From: Eledone cirrhosa
Lineage: Eukaryota
Length of the DNA: 64,000 nucleotides
Direction: 5' to 3'
Assembly: GCA_964016885.1 (NCBI GenBank)
Contig: OZ024740.1
Coordinates: 419,306,001 to 419,370,000, forward strand
Below, piece after piece: positions 51,799 to 64,000 of this stretch. Every line of letters begins with the position of its first letter. The stretch's first letter is position 1. Below the pieces are notes generated by a model. That model was not told where the DNA came from and did not search any database. It saw only the letters and a program-made list of their open reading frames with translations. The position numbers were made by a program, and so were the translations under genes.

Positions 51799-54425
51799 AC
51801 ACTATATCTCATCTCCCCCACCCACTAAACTATATCTCACCCCCCCCAACTATATCCCCCCCCCCTACTACACTATATCTCATCTCCCCCCACTACACTA
51901 TATCTCATCTCCCCCACCCACTACACTATATCTCATCTCCCCCACCCACTACACTATATCTCACCCCCCACCCACTACACTATATCTCACCCCCCCTCAC
52001 TACACTATATCTCATCTCCCCCACCCACTACACTATATCTCATCTCCCCCACCCACTACACTATATCTCACCCCCCACCCACTACACTATATCTCACCCC
52101 CCCTCACTACACTATATCTCATCTCCCCCACCCACTACACTATATCTCACCCCCCACCCACTACACTATATCTCACTCCCCCTCACTACACTATATCTCA
52201 CTCCCCCTCACTACACTATATCTCATCCCCCCCACTACACTATATCTCACTCCCCCTCACTACACTATATCTCATCTCCCCCACCCACTACACTATATCT
52301 CACCCCCCACCCACTACACTATATCTCATCCCCCCCACCCACTATATCTCACTCCCCCTCACTACACTATATCTCATCTCCCCCACCCACTACACTATAT
52401 CTCACCCCCCACCCACTACACTATATCTCACCCCCCACCCACTACACTATATCTCACCCCCCACCCACTACACTATATCTCACCCCCCCTCACTACACTA
52501 TATCTCATCCCCCCCACTACACTATATCTCATCCCCCCCACTACACTATATCTCACTCCCCCTCACTACACTATATCTCATCTCCCCCCCACTACACTGT
52601 ATCTCATCTCCCCCACCACTACACTATATCTCACTCCCCCTCACTACACTATATTTCATCTCCCCCCACTACACTGTATCTCCCCCCCCACTACACTGTA
52701 TCTCACCCCCCACTACACTATATCTCATCTCCCCCACCCACTCACTACACTATATCTCATTCACCCCACTACACTATTTCTCACCCCCCCCCCCTACACT
52801 ATTTCTCACCCCCCACTATTCTCACCCCCCACTATTCTCACCTCCCCCCACTACACTGTCTCAACCCCCTCCCCACTACACTATTTCTCATCTCCCCCCA
52901 CTACACTATATCTCCCCCACCCATACACTATTTCTCATCTCCCCCCACTACACTATATCTCCCCCACCCACTACACTATTTCTCATCTCCCCCCACTACA
53001 CTATATCTCATTCCCCCCCACTACACTATATCTCATTCCCCCCCACTACACTATTTCTCATCTCCCCCCACTACACTATGTCTCACCCCCCCACTACACT
53101 ACCACATCTGTCTTCCCCCACCATACTATACACCTATGTCTCCCCCCCCACTACACTGCTTCTATATCTCTTTGCACCCCCCCACTACACTGCTTCTATA
53201 TCTCTTTGCACCCCCCCCACTACACTGCTTCTATATCTCTTTGCACCCCCCCACTACACTGCTTCTATATCTCTTTGCACCCCCCCACTACACTGCTTCT
53301 ATATCTCTTTGCACCCCCCCACTACACTGCTTCTATATCTCTTTGCACCCCCCCACTACACTGCTTCTATATCTCTTTGCACCCCCCCACTACACTGCTT
53401 CTATATCTCTTTGCACCCCCCCACTACAGTGCTATATCTATTCCCCCCCCACTACACCTCTTCTATATCCCTTCCCCCCCACTACACCTATATCCCTTCT
53501 CCCCCCCACTACACCTATATCCCTTTTGCCCCCCCCCCACTACACCTACTACATCCCTTTGCCCCCCTCCATTACACCTCTTCTATATCTCTTTGCCCCC
53601 CCCCACCACTACACCTCTTCTATAACTCTTTGTCCCCCCCACTACACCTCTTCTGTATCCCTTTGTCCCCCCCCACTACACCTCTTCTATATCTCTTTGT
53701 CCCCCTCCCACCACTACACCTCTTCTATAACTCTTTGTCCCCCCCACTACACCTCTTTTATATCCCTTGCCCCCCCCTACTACACTGCTTCTATATCTCT
53801 TTGTCCCCCCCCCACCACTGCTTCTATATCTCTTTGTCCCCCCCCCACCACTGCTTCTATATCTCTTTGTCCCCCCCACCACTGCTTCTATATCCCTTTG
53901 TCCCCCCCCACCTCTTCTGTATCCCTCTGTCCCCCCCACTACACCTCTTTTATATCCCTTGCCCCCCCCTACTACACTGCTTCTATATCTCTTTGTCCCC
54001 CCCACCACTGCTTCTATATCTCTTTGTCCCCCCCCCCACCACTGCTTCTATATCTCTTTGTCCCCCCCCCCACCACTGCTTCTATATCTCTTTGCCCCCC
54101 CCCACTGCTTCTATATCTCTTTGTCCCCCCTCCACCTGCTTCTATATCTCTTTGTCCCCCCCCCCACTACACTGCTTCTATATCTCTTTGTCCCCCCCCC
54201 CCACTACACTGCTTCTATATCTCTTTGTCCCCCCCCCACTACACTGCTTCTATATCTCTTTGTCCCCCCCTCACCACTGCTTCTATATCTCTTTGTCCTC
54301 CCCCCCACCACTGCTTCTATATCTCTTTGTCCCCCCCCCACTCCTTCTATATCTCTTTGTCCCCCCCACTACACTGCTTCTATATCCCTTTGTCACCCCC
54401 CCCACTACACTGCTTCTATATCACT
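51799..54425. repeat. C-rich minisatellite with two sub-domains (~25-29 bp unit, then ~34 bp unit)
   Basis: CCCACTACACTATATCTCA(T)CCCC up to ~53090, then CCCCCCCACTACACTGCTTCTATATCTCTTTG(CA/T). Very G-poor on the + strand. Confidence 0.97.
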
Positions 54426-54611
54426 GTTACCCATAACCACTGTTCTTCGTATTTGTTAACTTGCGATCACATTAACCTTTGACCAAAGCATCTGCCCCAG
54501 TGTTGGTGTCACTATGAAACGACGCTGGTACCATCCATAAAGTAGTTGGCATTTGAATGGTAACAACATAAAGTAACAAGGACTCTCAATCATGTCCTAT
54601 ATCTAACAACT

Positions 54612-54832
54612 TCTCTAGTGCTGCTGCCATGATAAAAATACACCCAGTACACTCTGTAAAGTGGTTGGCATTAAGAACAACAACCAGTCATAGAAATCTT
54701 TCCAAAAATGGACTGTATCGAGTAAGATGTGGTCCCACAGCCCATCTAGAGGGACAAAAGCTGCAATTAAGTACTGACTTTATCTGGAATATCCCATCCA
54801 TCATATACAAGCATAAAATGATGATGATGATG
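54612..54832 (+). mobile_element. Old retroposon tail with a single copy of the satellite-related unit
   Basis: TAGTGCTGCTGCCATGATAAAAATACACCCAGTACACTCTGTAAAGTGGTTGGCATTAAG...TAGAAA...(TGA)n. Confidence 0.7.
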
Positions 54833-55819
54833 TCTGGAAAGACTAAAGAAGTACTTGATATGTATATTCAGAGGCTTTATGGAACATATTGCACTAAGGA
54901 TTATTTCTTTACCACACTCTTGCAAACTGGAAATGTCACCAACTGACACATTAAACATTGAGTTCCTCTGATAATGTTGTTTTTATATATCAAGTTGTAA
55001 AAGAATTGAAAAACTTCATCATTCTCTCACTTTGAAGTGGCAACTAAATCACAAATAACAATTTTTATGGGATTTTGTTGCGTGAAATCAACTGCCATTC
55101 TTGAAAAAAGGAATTTCTGAATCATTATCATTCCAAAAGAAAGACTGTCTATTAATACTCGATGCTTCATGTAATACTTGTATGGTTTTGGCTGAAATGC
55201 AATTGAAATTGGAGTGTTTCTAATTGTTTCTGTTGTTAATTATTTTAATTAATTCCTTTCAAGTAATTATTTAAAACTCATAAACTGATAAACAGGAATT
55301 GCATAGCTTTTGTATCTTCTTCCAGAGCAAAATAAAAGAAGAAAAAAATACATCACTCATTAGGGAATTAAGACATTTGATTTTAAAATTGTATACCTTA
55401 CAGGTAAACCCAAGACAATTATGTTACACTCAGCTGAGCTTCTGCTCTAACAGATATTGATTTTATGTCTCAAAAAGAAATATTGGATCCTTTAATACAT
55501 GACAATTTTGATTATTAGCTGGAATCTTTTGATCAACAAAATTCTTTGAAACAAAGAACTAATTTAATATTTCGTAGGATTTGAAGGAATTGTTCTTGAA
55601 ATATCACATTTGTACAGAATATAGGCCTGGGTTTGTTAAACTACCTCATAATCAACTGATTCGTTCTGTAGAACCTTAAAATAATATTTGTCAGTCGACT
55701 ACTTCAAACCAATGGAAAAATGGTTTTTGAAGCCATTGTTTGTTTCACAATCCTCAATGCATTTACACAGCTCCTATTTGTATCACTTTGCTAAATATCA
55801 TTATTACTGCAACTATTAA

Positions 55820-56094
55820 CCCTTTACCATTTACATTACTCTATATTTACTATTATCTTTTCACATAATATCGAATCTATGAGAGTTTGAAATTATTTAT
55901 TTTGAGAACAATACCTTAATATCAGTATGAGCTGTCAGTTACAGCTGGTTTGAACAGAAAGTGGTGAGAAAATTCTCACTGGATACAGTCAGTTTAAATG
56001 TTAAAGGGTTAACATCAGTATGAGCAGCTGGTTTGAACAGAAAGAGGTGAGAGAATTCTGATCGGATACGGCCAGTTTAAATGCTAAAAAGTTA
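55820..56094. mobile_element. piggyBac-type MITE (55820-56008) plus a tandem partial duplication of its right end
   Basis: TTAA-CCCTTTACCATTTA...TAAATGTTAAAGGG-TTAA, then a repeat of CATCAGTATGAGC...TTTAAATGCTAAAAAG-TTAA. Confidence 0.8.
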
Positions 56095-57095
56095 AAGGCC
56101 TCACAGTTCCTAATTGTATCACCTTACCAAATAGCACTATTGTAGCAGCTATTAAAGGCCTCACAAGTCTTATAAAGTTTATGGATCATTGGGTGCATTT
56201 CATGGTGAAATAGACCCTCCTCACCTTGAATGTAATTTTTAAAATCTTGCAGTATATCATATATCGAAGTGAAGAACTTATCAAGTGACAATGGCTAATG
56301 GGATAAAAGCAATAAAATGATGTACAAAACTGTCCAATTAAAATGAAAATAATTATAATCAGAATGAAGAAATACAAATTGTATTGATAAATGTTTTCTC
56401 TTCCTTCATGTATATCAGGATTGACAATCAGTTTTTCTTCTCTTAGAATGATGATCAATGCTAGATGATAATCAGACATGTATCTCTCATGCTAACGCAC
56501 ATTTGCCTTCTTGATTGTGTTAAAGCTAATTACTCAATTTCTCAAAAAGAAAAGCAACGTGGAAAACACACCTGTTATTTGAAAGATTGGTAATTAAATA
56601 TATTTTACTACCAAATCTAGTTAAGGAGAAAATCCTTCATCTTGCCTTTTCTCTTATCCTCCAATATATACAACTTATAAACAACCACCCAAGCCTGTGA
56701 TGGGTCCTCTATATTGTCACTTAACCTGTTAAAATTAGCTGGTAAAACCCTCAAATCACATTCTAATGTCATAAAACTGGAACAATTTTGATTATAGGTG
56801 TGTTTACTCAAGGCTGACCTGGGACTAAATAACATCCACAGCACCAACTTAAAAATATAGATGATCTTTCTTTAGTAAATCTTCACAACTTAATTAAATA
56901 ACCAGTTACAAATTTAAAAGTTTTAGACATTGAATAATATATATTATCTTCTTACCTGTATTGGGAACTTATCTTAATTACTATGTTTCAAAATGAACTT
57001 GTTAGACAAGAGTAGAAGGTGATAATTTTGATTATTAATCAATGACTTTTGTTTTAATATTCTTTGCTTCACATTGATTTTGACTTTATATTGTA

Positions 57096-58775
57096 CTAGC
57101 AGAAAAACCACCCTACGGGTGGTTTTCTGATAGCATGTGTAGTGTGTATATTGATATTCATCATCATCACCATTTTACGTCCGTTCTTCCACGCTAGCAT
57201 GGGTTAGATGGGTTGTCCTGTTGTGGGCAGTGTCTGGTCGGCTGACCTTGTCTTGCTCATACAGGAACTGATTCTGGCTTGATTTCTACAGCTGGATGCC
57301 CTTCCTAACACCAACCTCATTTACAGTGAGTGCTGGGTGCTTTTTTTCCGTGGTGCCTACACGTCCACTTTACAATGTGGGCTGGGTGCTTTTTTGCCGT
57401 GGCACCTCCACGACCACTTTGCAGTGGGAGGGTGTGGGGGCATATTGTCTATATGCTTCAGCCTTGGCTTGTACCCATGAGAGGTCGGGTACTCTGTATT
57501 ACTGCGTGACGCCAGAGGTCACAGTTGTGTGTCATCGCCTTTGAGAGGTGTAATTGGGTAAGGTCGGTTTTTATCACCTCATCCCAGGTCTTCTTGGGTC
57601 TCCCCACTCCGCAGTTTCCATCGACTTCTAGTGCTCTGCACCTTTTTATGCAGCTGTCATCCTTCATACGCATCACATGTCCATACCAACACAACTGCCT
57701 CTCCTGCACACAGCGTTTGATTCCTCTTATGCTCAGTTTCTCTCTCTATTTATGCTTTGCTGTTCGTGTATATTACTATTACACATCCATCTGAGCAAGC
57801 AGGCTTCGTTTCTTTCTAATCTACGTAAGTCTTCCACTTTCAGTGCCCAGGTCTCACTACCATGTAACATTGCTATTCGTATACACGCATCATACAGTCT
57901 GCCTTTCATTTTGAGGGAAAAGCCTTTTGCAGCTAGCAGTGGCAGTAGCTCCCTGAACTTCTTCCATCCTGTTCTTACCCTAGTTATTGTACTTTCTGAA
58001 CACCCACCTCCGCTGCTAATTCAGTCACCGAGGTAGCAGAAGCTGTCTACTGTTTCTACAGAGCCCTCCCAGAGACTGGTGGTACTTGTTTCCTGTGGCT
58101 GTTTGCTGCTTGCTGTCCCAGCACAGCTGCTACATGTGAAGCCTACATTCTTAATTAAGCTTCCTGAGATCCCGCTACATCTCTTGTGTACCCATTGTTT
58201 GCATTTGGAGCAGAGAATGGAGTTCCTACCTACACCTCTCCTACATACTGAGCAAGGCCATTTCCCTAAGGGGATCTGGGTTCTGTTTTCTCGTCTACTT
58301 ACAAGGACCTTAGTCTTTGTCAGGTTGACTTTGAGACCCTTTCTTTCTAGTCCCTGCTTCCAAATATATATGCATGTAAATATGATACATCAAATAAAAT
58401 CGTAATTGACAATATACACAGAAATTGAACAAAGCCTATGTTACACTGTCTTCTGTAATCAGTAATCCATGATATATAAAAAAAAAAAGACGACATTATA
58501 TATAAACTGCATTAGGAGAAAATTAGCGACGGAAATATATGAATGTTTATTTAAGCGATCGCTAACCGGAAGTGTTGACATTTGATAATTTCAAAGAAGT
58601 GAATTTTAAAGATTAAGCTATAAAATATATTTAATCAACAGCCATGAAATTTAGCACATAAATTATGTAATATTCATTCATTATTTATTCAAAGTAATCC
58701 AACTTATTTTACAAACGGGGTAAAAAAATATATTCTGGATGCAATCCCGCAGACCTTCCTTTATTATAGATAAGA
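57096..58775 (-). mobile_element. Non-autonomous Helitron interrupted by an RTE LINE insertion
   Basis: Minus strand 5' TCTTATCTATAATAAAGG at 58775. 3' hairpin AGAAAACCACCC-GTA-GGGTGGTTTTTCT, then CTAG followed by T at 57096. Confidence 0.65.
57158..58362 (-). mobile_element. 5'-truncated RTE-type LINE (~1.2 kb): RT C-terminal part with PHD-like Cys/His motif, ORF end and 3' UTR
   Basis: Minus strand WKQGLERKGLKVNLTKTKVL...WPCSVCRRGVGRNSILCSKCKQWVHKRCSGI...VDSFCYLGD...QLCWYGHVMRM...GRPKKTW. The 3' UTR has two 49-bp units and a (GAT)n tail. Confidence 0.9.
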
Positions 58776-60690
58776 CTAGCAGATTTACCCGGCATTGCTC
58801 GGGGTTTGAAATTATGCTAAGAATATACAGCTAGGAAGTAAAAGAACATTATTTGTCCCCAACCTGTCAAAATAAGCAGAAGTCTTCAATAATTAATGCA
58901 AACGAATATTTAGTGCAATCTTTGTACACATAAAACTATGTTGATAATGAAGGAAAACACTGAACAGGATGTAGTTATACAAATGATTAAATACAATACA
59001 CGTTGCAAATCTAAAAAAAAACATGCAGTTGTAATGAAAGCAGAGTTGTATACAAACAAAAAAACAATGAGAGTAGAATAAGAGAAAATCTATTCTTTGA
59101 GAGCATCTTTTGCTGTGTATGGTTAAATTTTGAACTTATAATCCAAAATATCCTGCATGACATATTCATTAGTATGTTTTGTAATGAGTAAGGTGAAGTC
59201 AAGGCAGAGCTGTAATAAGTTTTTTTGTTAACACTAAAGCACTTCAGGATAGACGATATTCTTTGTTTTTCTTTTCGGAACAAACGCAAAGAGATTATCT
59301 CGACTGCCAACTCGTGAGCAGGCAACGTAGAATTGTCCATGCGAAAAGCAAGGTTCATCCAAGTGAATTCCAGTGACGGACAGAGTTTGACCTTGCGACT
59401 TGTTTATGGACATGGCAAAGGCAACACGAAGGGGAAATTGGGTTCGGCGAAAGGAGAAGGGAGTATCCACGCCTGATATAGTCAGGCTAATTTTTGTTAT
59501 TATCACATCCTCGCCTTTTCCACATCCGGATAGAATGGTAGTGTCAATACTAAGTGGAGACAGTTTTTTAACCACAAGGCGTGTACCATTGCATAGTTTT
59601 GGAGGAGTGATATTTCTCAGCAAAATAACTGGCGTTCCCTCTTTCAGAACCAATGTAATAGGAGGTAAACCAGGAGGATTTAAAGAATTTAGAAATTCAA
59701 CTGGATAGTTGACCACATCCTGTGGATCACGTACAGTATCAATAGATTTATATATCCGTGGACATCCAGGAAGAATCCTGTTCAGTATGTTCCTTCATTG
59801 TCAAAAAAGTTTGATGTGTACGAATACAGCTGGAAGCATAGATAATGCCTGCCTCAAATGTGGACAAAATTACTTTAAAAATGTAAAAGCTGTAGGTCCC
59901 AATGGTTTGAATGGAAAGTCCCATAAGGATTGTTCTAAAATTAAACAAACCATCATCAAAATCTCCTCAATTCGAGACTGCTGCGAGATTAGGCCCTTAC
60001 CGCGAAAATTAACACTTAATATAGTGAAACAAGTTAAAACGTGTTTTTTTAACTTTGAAAGTGCAACAAATTTTTTTTTGTATCAACATGGCTTATGAAA
60101 GTTTTAAAAATGTAAAAGTTGTAGGTCCCAATGGTTTGAATGGAAAGTCCCATAAGGATTGTTCTAAAAATAAACAAACCACCATCAAAATCTCGTCAAT
60201 TCGAGACTCTGCGAGATTAGGCCCTTAATGCAAAAATTAACACTTAATATAGTGAAACAAGTTAAAACAACAAGTGTTTTTAACTTTGAAAGTGCAACAA
60301 AGAATAAACAAGAAACAAACGATAATATTAGGGATTTATCTTCAAATGAATCTGATGTTTATATTTCTGAAATTTCGTCCGACGATGATTGTTTTTTTAA
60401 AATTGAAAACGAAGGTCTCCATATCTCACTCTCTTTATAAGGATTGTCAATAAAGTTGGTTATCTCCCTTTTTTTTATAAGGATTGTCAATAAAGTTGGT
60501 TATCTCCCTTACATCAATTTTGCTACTGATAATTTTGATATCGATTTTTTATTGCTCAACGTGGGTCGACTGGAAAAATTTTTGTGATGTGACCATCTTA
60601 GCGACCTGTGCAACGTGCACAGAAAATTTGGTCAAATTCCTGGGTAGTTGAGTTGAAATTGGGCTGGTCATGGACTTGCTCTTTCACGTG
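58776..60690 (-). mobile_element. Internally deleted Helitron with a PIF1-like helicase remnant (5' boundary uncertain)
   Basis: 3' end on the minus strand CCCGAGCAATGCCGGG hairpin + TAAATCTG-CTAG at 58776. Helicase fragment at 59234-59716. Internal 229-bp and ~41-bp tandem duplications. Confidence 0.8.
59234..59750 (-). pseudogene. Helitron Rep/Hel C-terminal PIF1-like helicase fragment
   Basis: YPVEFLNSLNPPGLPP...LLRNITPPKLCNGTRL...RRTQFPLRVAFAMSINKSQGQTL...FSHGQFYVACSRV...TKNIVYPEVL; no upstream domains present. Confidence 0.92.
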
Positions 60691-62399
60691 ATGTATTAAA
60701 ATTTTTTGGAAAAGCAATTCAGCAGTATTAAACCTAAGTGAACTAACCAAACACCAAACAAGGTTTCTTTGTACACACAGATTTCATTCAGGCAATAAAT
60801 TTTCTTTGTATGAACAGAATATGATTTTCTAGTGAAGTAAAAAATATTTTGTATCCCAATTCAGAAAGAAATGGTGCATTGACTTGGATTTGTTTGTTCT
60901 CAGATCAATCTTGACGAAGCATATATATGTCACATTTATGAATCAGGCCTATAGCTCCTGTTAACTCCTGCCTCTCCTATTACATATTTTTGTGATGGTC
61001 TGACAACATATTTAAAAGTGTGATTATTTCATGAACAGTATTTCAGGTTATATTCAAATAGTTTTCAACATAAGTCAGCTTGGTAGATTTGGCTTGCCAT
61101 GATTATGATTTGTTACAAGTTCAGTTCTACAATATAACCCAGCCTTACAATCATCAACAATCTATAAAACTATTCTTGAATCACATGAAAATTGTATCTC
61201 ACAGACTCATCACCCTCCTATGTACTATCTGAAAAATTCTGGAAAAATTCATCTTTGACATCACCAACATAACAAACATTATTCAGATCTTTACTCCGAG
61301 CTACCTCAGGACTTACAAACTATACACAAAGAATACACGATGGCTTTAACAACAAAAATACACAATTTAACAAAGCATTTGATTCTAGATTAATTATTGA
61401 TATCACATTCTTTTTGAACAAATTTGTGATATTATGTATGTTTGAGTGTATAACTTGACATCTGTTGACAAAAGGACAAAAAAGAAAGAAAAAAACCCAA
61501 ATTTTGATTTGGTCATTGCCAAGAAATACTCTTGGATTATTTAAAACCAAAGAGTGTACATATATGTACAATATATTGGGTTTGTAATATGACTAATGAA
61601 CAATTGTAGCAAACAACGATTGCAAAAATGGAATCTTCTATAAAAATATGGAACCTTTTATATAAATATGTATATATACATATACACACATGAGAAATGA
61701 AATGAGCTTCATGAAGTACAATACATTGGTGGAGATATATATACCTTTTACCCTGGATTACCTTTTGGATTTAACAGTCAAATAAGGTTAGTATATATTT
61801 TATTTTATTAATTTTATTGTTACATTTTAAATTTGATAGAAAAGCAATTGTACATTTTATATTGATTGTTTCAAATTGATTTTACATCTTTCAATTTTGT
61901 TTAAATCAACAATTTGTTATTTCAGCTGTATGTTTTCTTATCACTAAAACTATGTTAGTTGTTTCTGGTTATTCTAGCGAAATTCAGAAAATTTCAAAAA
62001 TTAATACACAAAGATATATAGCAGCACAATTTTTATTTTTTTTTACTGATATTGGTGGTGGGAGCCCCAGCATGGCCTTAGCCAGATGGCTGGAACTGGT
62101 AAAAGAGTAAGAGGGTGTTAGAAGCATAAATCACATTCAACTAAGCTGGTTCTTCTATAATGTACTTAAGACATCAATTTGATGTCCCTGTATTTTAAAA
62201 GTTGACTCTACTTCTTTTCATTTTAATTTTTTTTAACAACAATTTTTTTACAGATCAAATATCAGATATTTTCTTTAGAATATATTTAATGTGCATACCA
62301 TTGTATAGTTGGGTGGTTAAGTAGTTCCCTTCACAACCACATGGTCTATGTTGTATATCTCATTTCATCAGCTGAAATTGACTCAACAATTGATCTCCA

Positions 62400-62940
62400 C
62401 GTGGGTCTGTCATTCATTGCCATTGCCAAATCCTGGATTTCAATACCAGAATCTCTGGAGATGACATCGAGATTGGAGAGCTTGCGCCCCTGTTATTAGT
62501 GACTACTTGGGGTTTCCTACTAATGGCGACACAGCCTCATAGGTGGCACAATGGCAGTGGCCAGCAAATCTTACTCTCCTTTTACATATGACAGATATGC
62601 GTGGGAAGCCGGCATATATTTCTTTCAAAGTCAGATGTCGCCAGCTTATGTTCTGAATGCGTCGAAGTAGGCAAGTGTAGGTGCCATCAAGGCACTTTGT
62701 TGTTTGGATGAAAGCGTCTATGTTTCACTTCCATATAGCAAGATTGGTTGAATTGTTACTTGGAAGAGTCTGATCTTGGTGTGGTTGGAAAGATTTGTGT
62801 GCCAAACTTGATCCATCTTGTTGCAAGCTGACCATGCTTGGGCCTTTCTGGTGGCAGAATTCTTCTCAAATTCTATGAACCAGGACCCAAGATACTTGAA
62901 ATCCTGGAAGACTCTTTACTTTGGTAAGTTTTATAAGCCA
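62400..62940 (-). mobile_element. Degenerate LINE reverse-transcriptase C-terminal fragment
   Basis: Minus strand GATTTCAAGTATCTTGGGTCC = DFKYLGS near 62885-62905, followed by RKAQAWSACNKMDQVW and LLYGSET-like motifs. Confidence 0.7.
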
Positions 62941-63289
62941 TATTTGTATGTCTTTGAGACAACCAGTGTGAATGCATTTGAATGAGCTTGCAGACAGCAT
63001 AACTATAGTCTGACCGCAGCTGTGAGCAGGTGTGCAGGCGTGTCTAGACATTAACCGGTAATTGAGATCCTAAAAATGAAAAACCCACAGTCATCTGGGT
63101 CAAGGACACTTTGAGCGCAGCCAGTTAGAATCTCATCTTTCCTTCACCGATAACAATGTATTTCATGTCTGAAATTATTGACTTAACCGTAACGAGTTAT
63201 CACTATGTAGATCTATTTTATTCCCTATTGTATAAATAATATTACAAATAAAAAAAGAAAGAAAACACAGAAGCGGGTAGCACACACAT

Positions 63290-64000
63290 CTAGGACGGAA
63301 GAGCAATGGTCGGCCAACATAAGGGCTTCGTCACTCTTCTGAAGAGAGAAAATCTATCTGTATTTGCTGTTCATTGTGTCATTCATCGACAACACTTGGC
63401 TGCGAAGAAATTCAGCAAGCCTCTGAGCAAGTCCTTGCAGGTGGCCATTGATGTCATTAATTTTATCAAACGGCATTCCCTCAATGAACGAATTTTCCAG
63501 CAACTGTGCCAAGATAATGACGAAGAATTCGTCAAGTTGCTCCTTCATACTGAAGTAAGGTGGATTTCAAAGGGCAAGTGCCTTACTCACTTCTTTGAAC
63601 TGTTCGACTCTATCATTGAGTTTCTGCGAGGACGCAACACAGAACTGTACAAGAAAACCCTTGATGTGAGGCAAGACTGTGCCTACCTCACCAACATCTT
63701 CGACAAATGCAATAGCATCATTTTGGCTTTGCAGGGGAAGAAGATCACCTTGCTTAAAGCAAGGAATGCTGTGAAAACATTCCTGGCCAAATTGTATGTC
63801 ATCGAAATGAATCTTTGTTGACGGGAATTCTATAATTTTCCTAGTGTCGCCAATGTTCAAAACATTGTAAGCGATGACCAACTCCAAATTTATACCACTC
63901 ACTTCCGTGCGCTACAAGACAACATGAGAGAACGGTTTGTCGACCTTTTGCCGATGAACATCCCAATGTGGATAGCAGATGCTTTCATAGCTAATGTCGA
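63290..64000 (+). pseudogene. hAT (Buster/SPIN, ZBED5/GTF2IRD2-like) transposase fragment
   Basis: DGRAMVG...HCVIHRQHLAAK...LLLHTEVRWISKGKCL motifs. An in-frame TGA at 63819-63821 is followed by the same frame continuing (REFYNFPS...NMRERFVDL). The N-terminus is missing. Confidence 0.88.

Noticed and set aside
53078-54482. Proline-rich extensin-like ORFs
   Set aside because: All three + frames are open because of the C-rich, G-poor minisatellite, and variable C-run lengths shift frames constantly.
34651-63051. Numerous short (mostly 60-130 aa) ORFs in the AT-rich intronic region
   Set aside because: Most start at TTG/GTG, lack recognisable motifs, or are antisense shadows of TE fragments.
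63306-63821. Domesticated ZBED/Buster-type host gene
   Set aside because: The N-terminus is missing and a premature TGA interrupts the frame, which fits a decayed transposon.

Overview
Eukaryotic (metazoan) genomic DNA. The repeat families look octopus/cephalopod-like, but that is an inference. The window lies inside a + strand ASCC3-type Ski2 helicase gene, with three small GT-AG exons of the second helicase cassette at 34972-35117, 41328-41448 and 44384-44526. The first ~34.1 kb is one intronic tandem array of a 48-bp monomer (about 710 copies, open at the left edge). It has biallelic variant sites, 47-bp deletion units and a 4557-bp higher-order repeat. The monomer is about 73% identical to a 49-bp unit present 1-3 times in the 3' UTR of RTE-type retroposon copies elsewhere in this window, and the array's right end decays into that retroposon's tail. 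The satellite therefore looks like a hyper-expanded internal VNTR of a retroposon. Four of six frames of the monomer are stop-free, which explains the giant ORFs. One frame gives a 16-aa repeat in register with the ice-nucleation-protein repeat, though coding function is doubtful. The rest is TE-rich intron: RTE LINE fragments, tRNA-derived SINEs, TTAA/piggyBac-type MITEs, head-to-tail Helitrons with a nested LINE, mariner and hAT remnants, several minisatellites and a 55-bp-arm hairpin.
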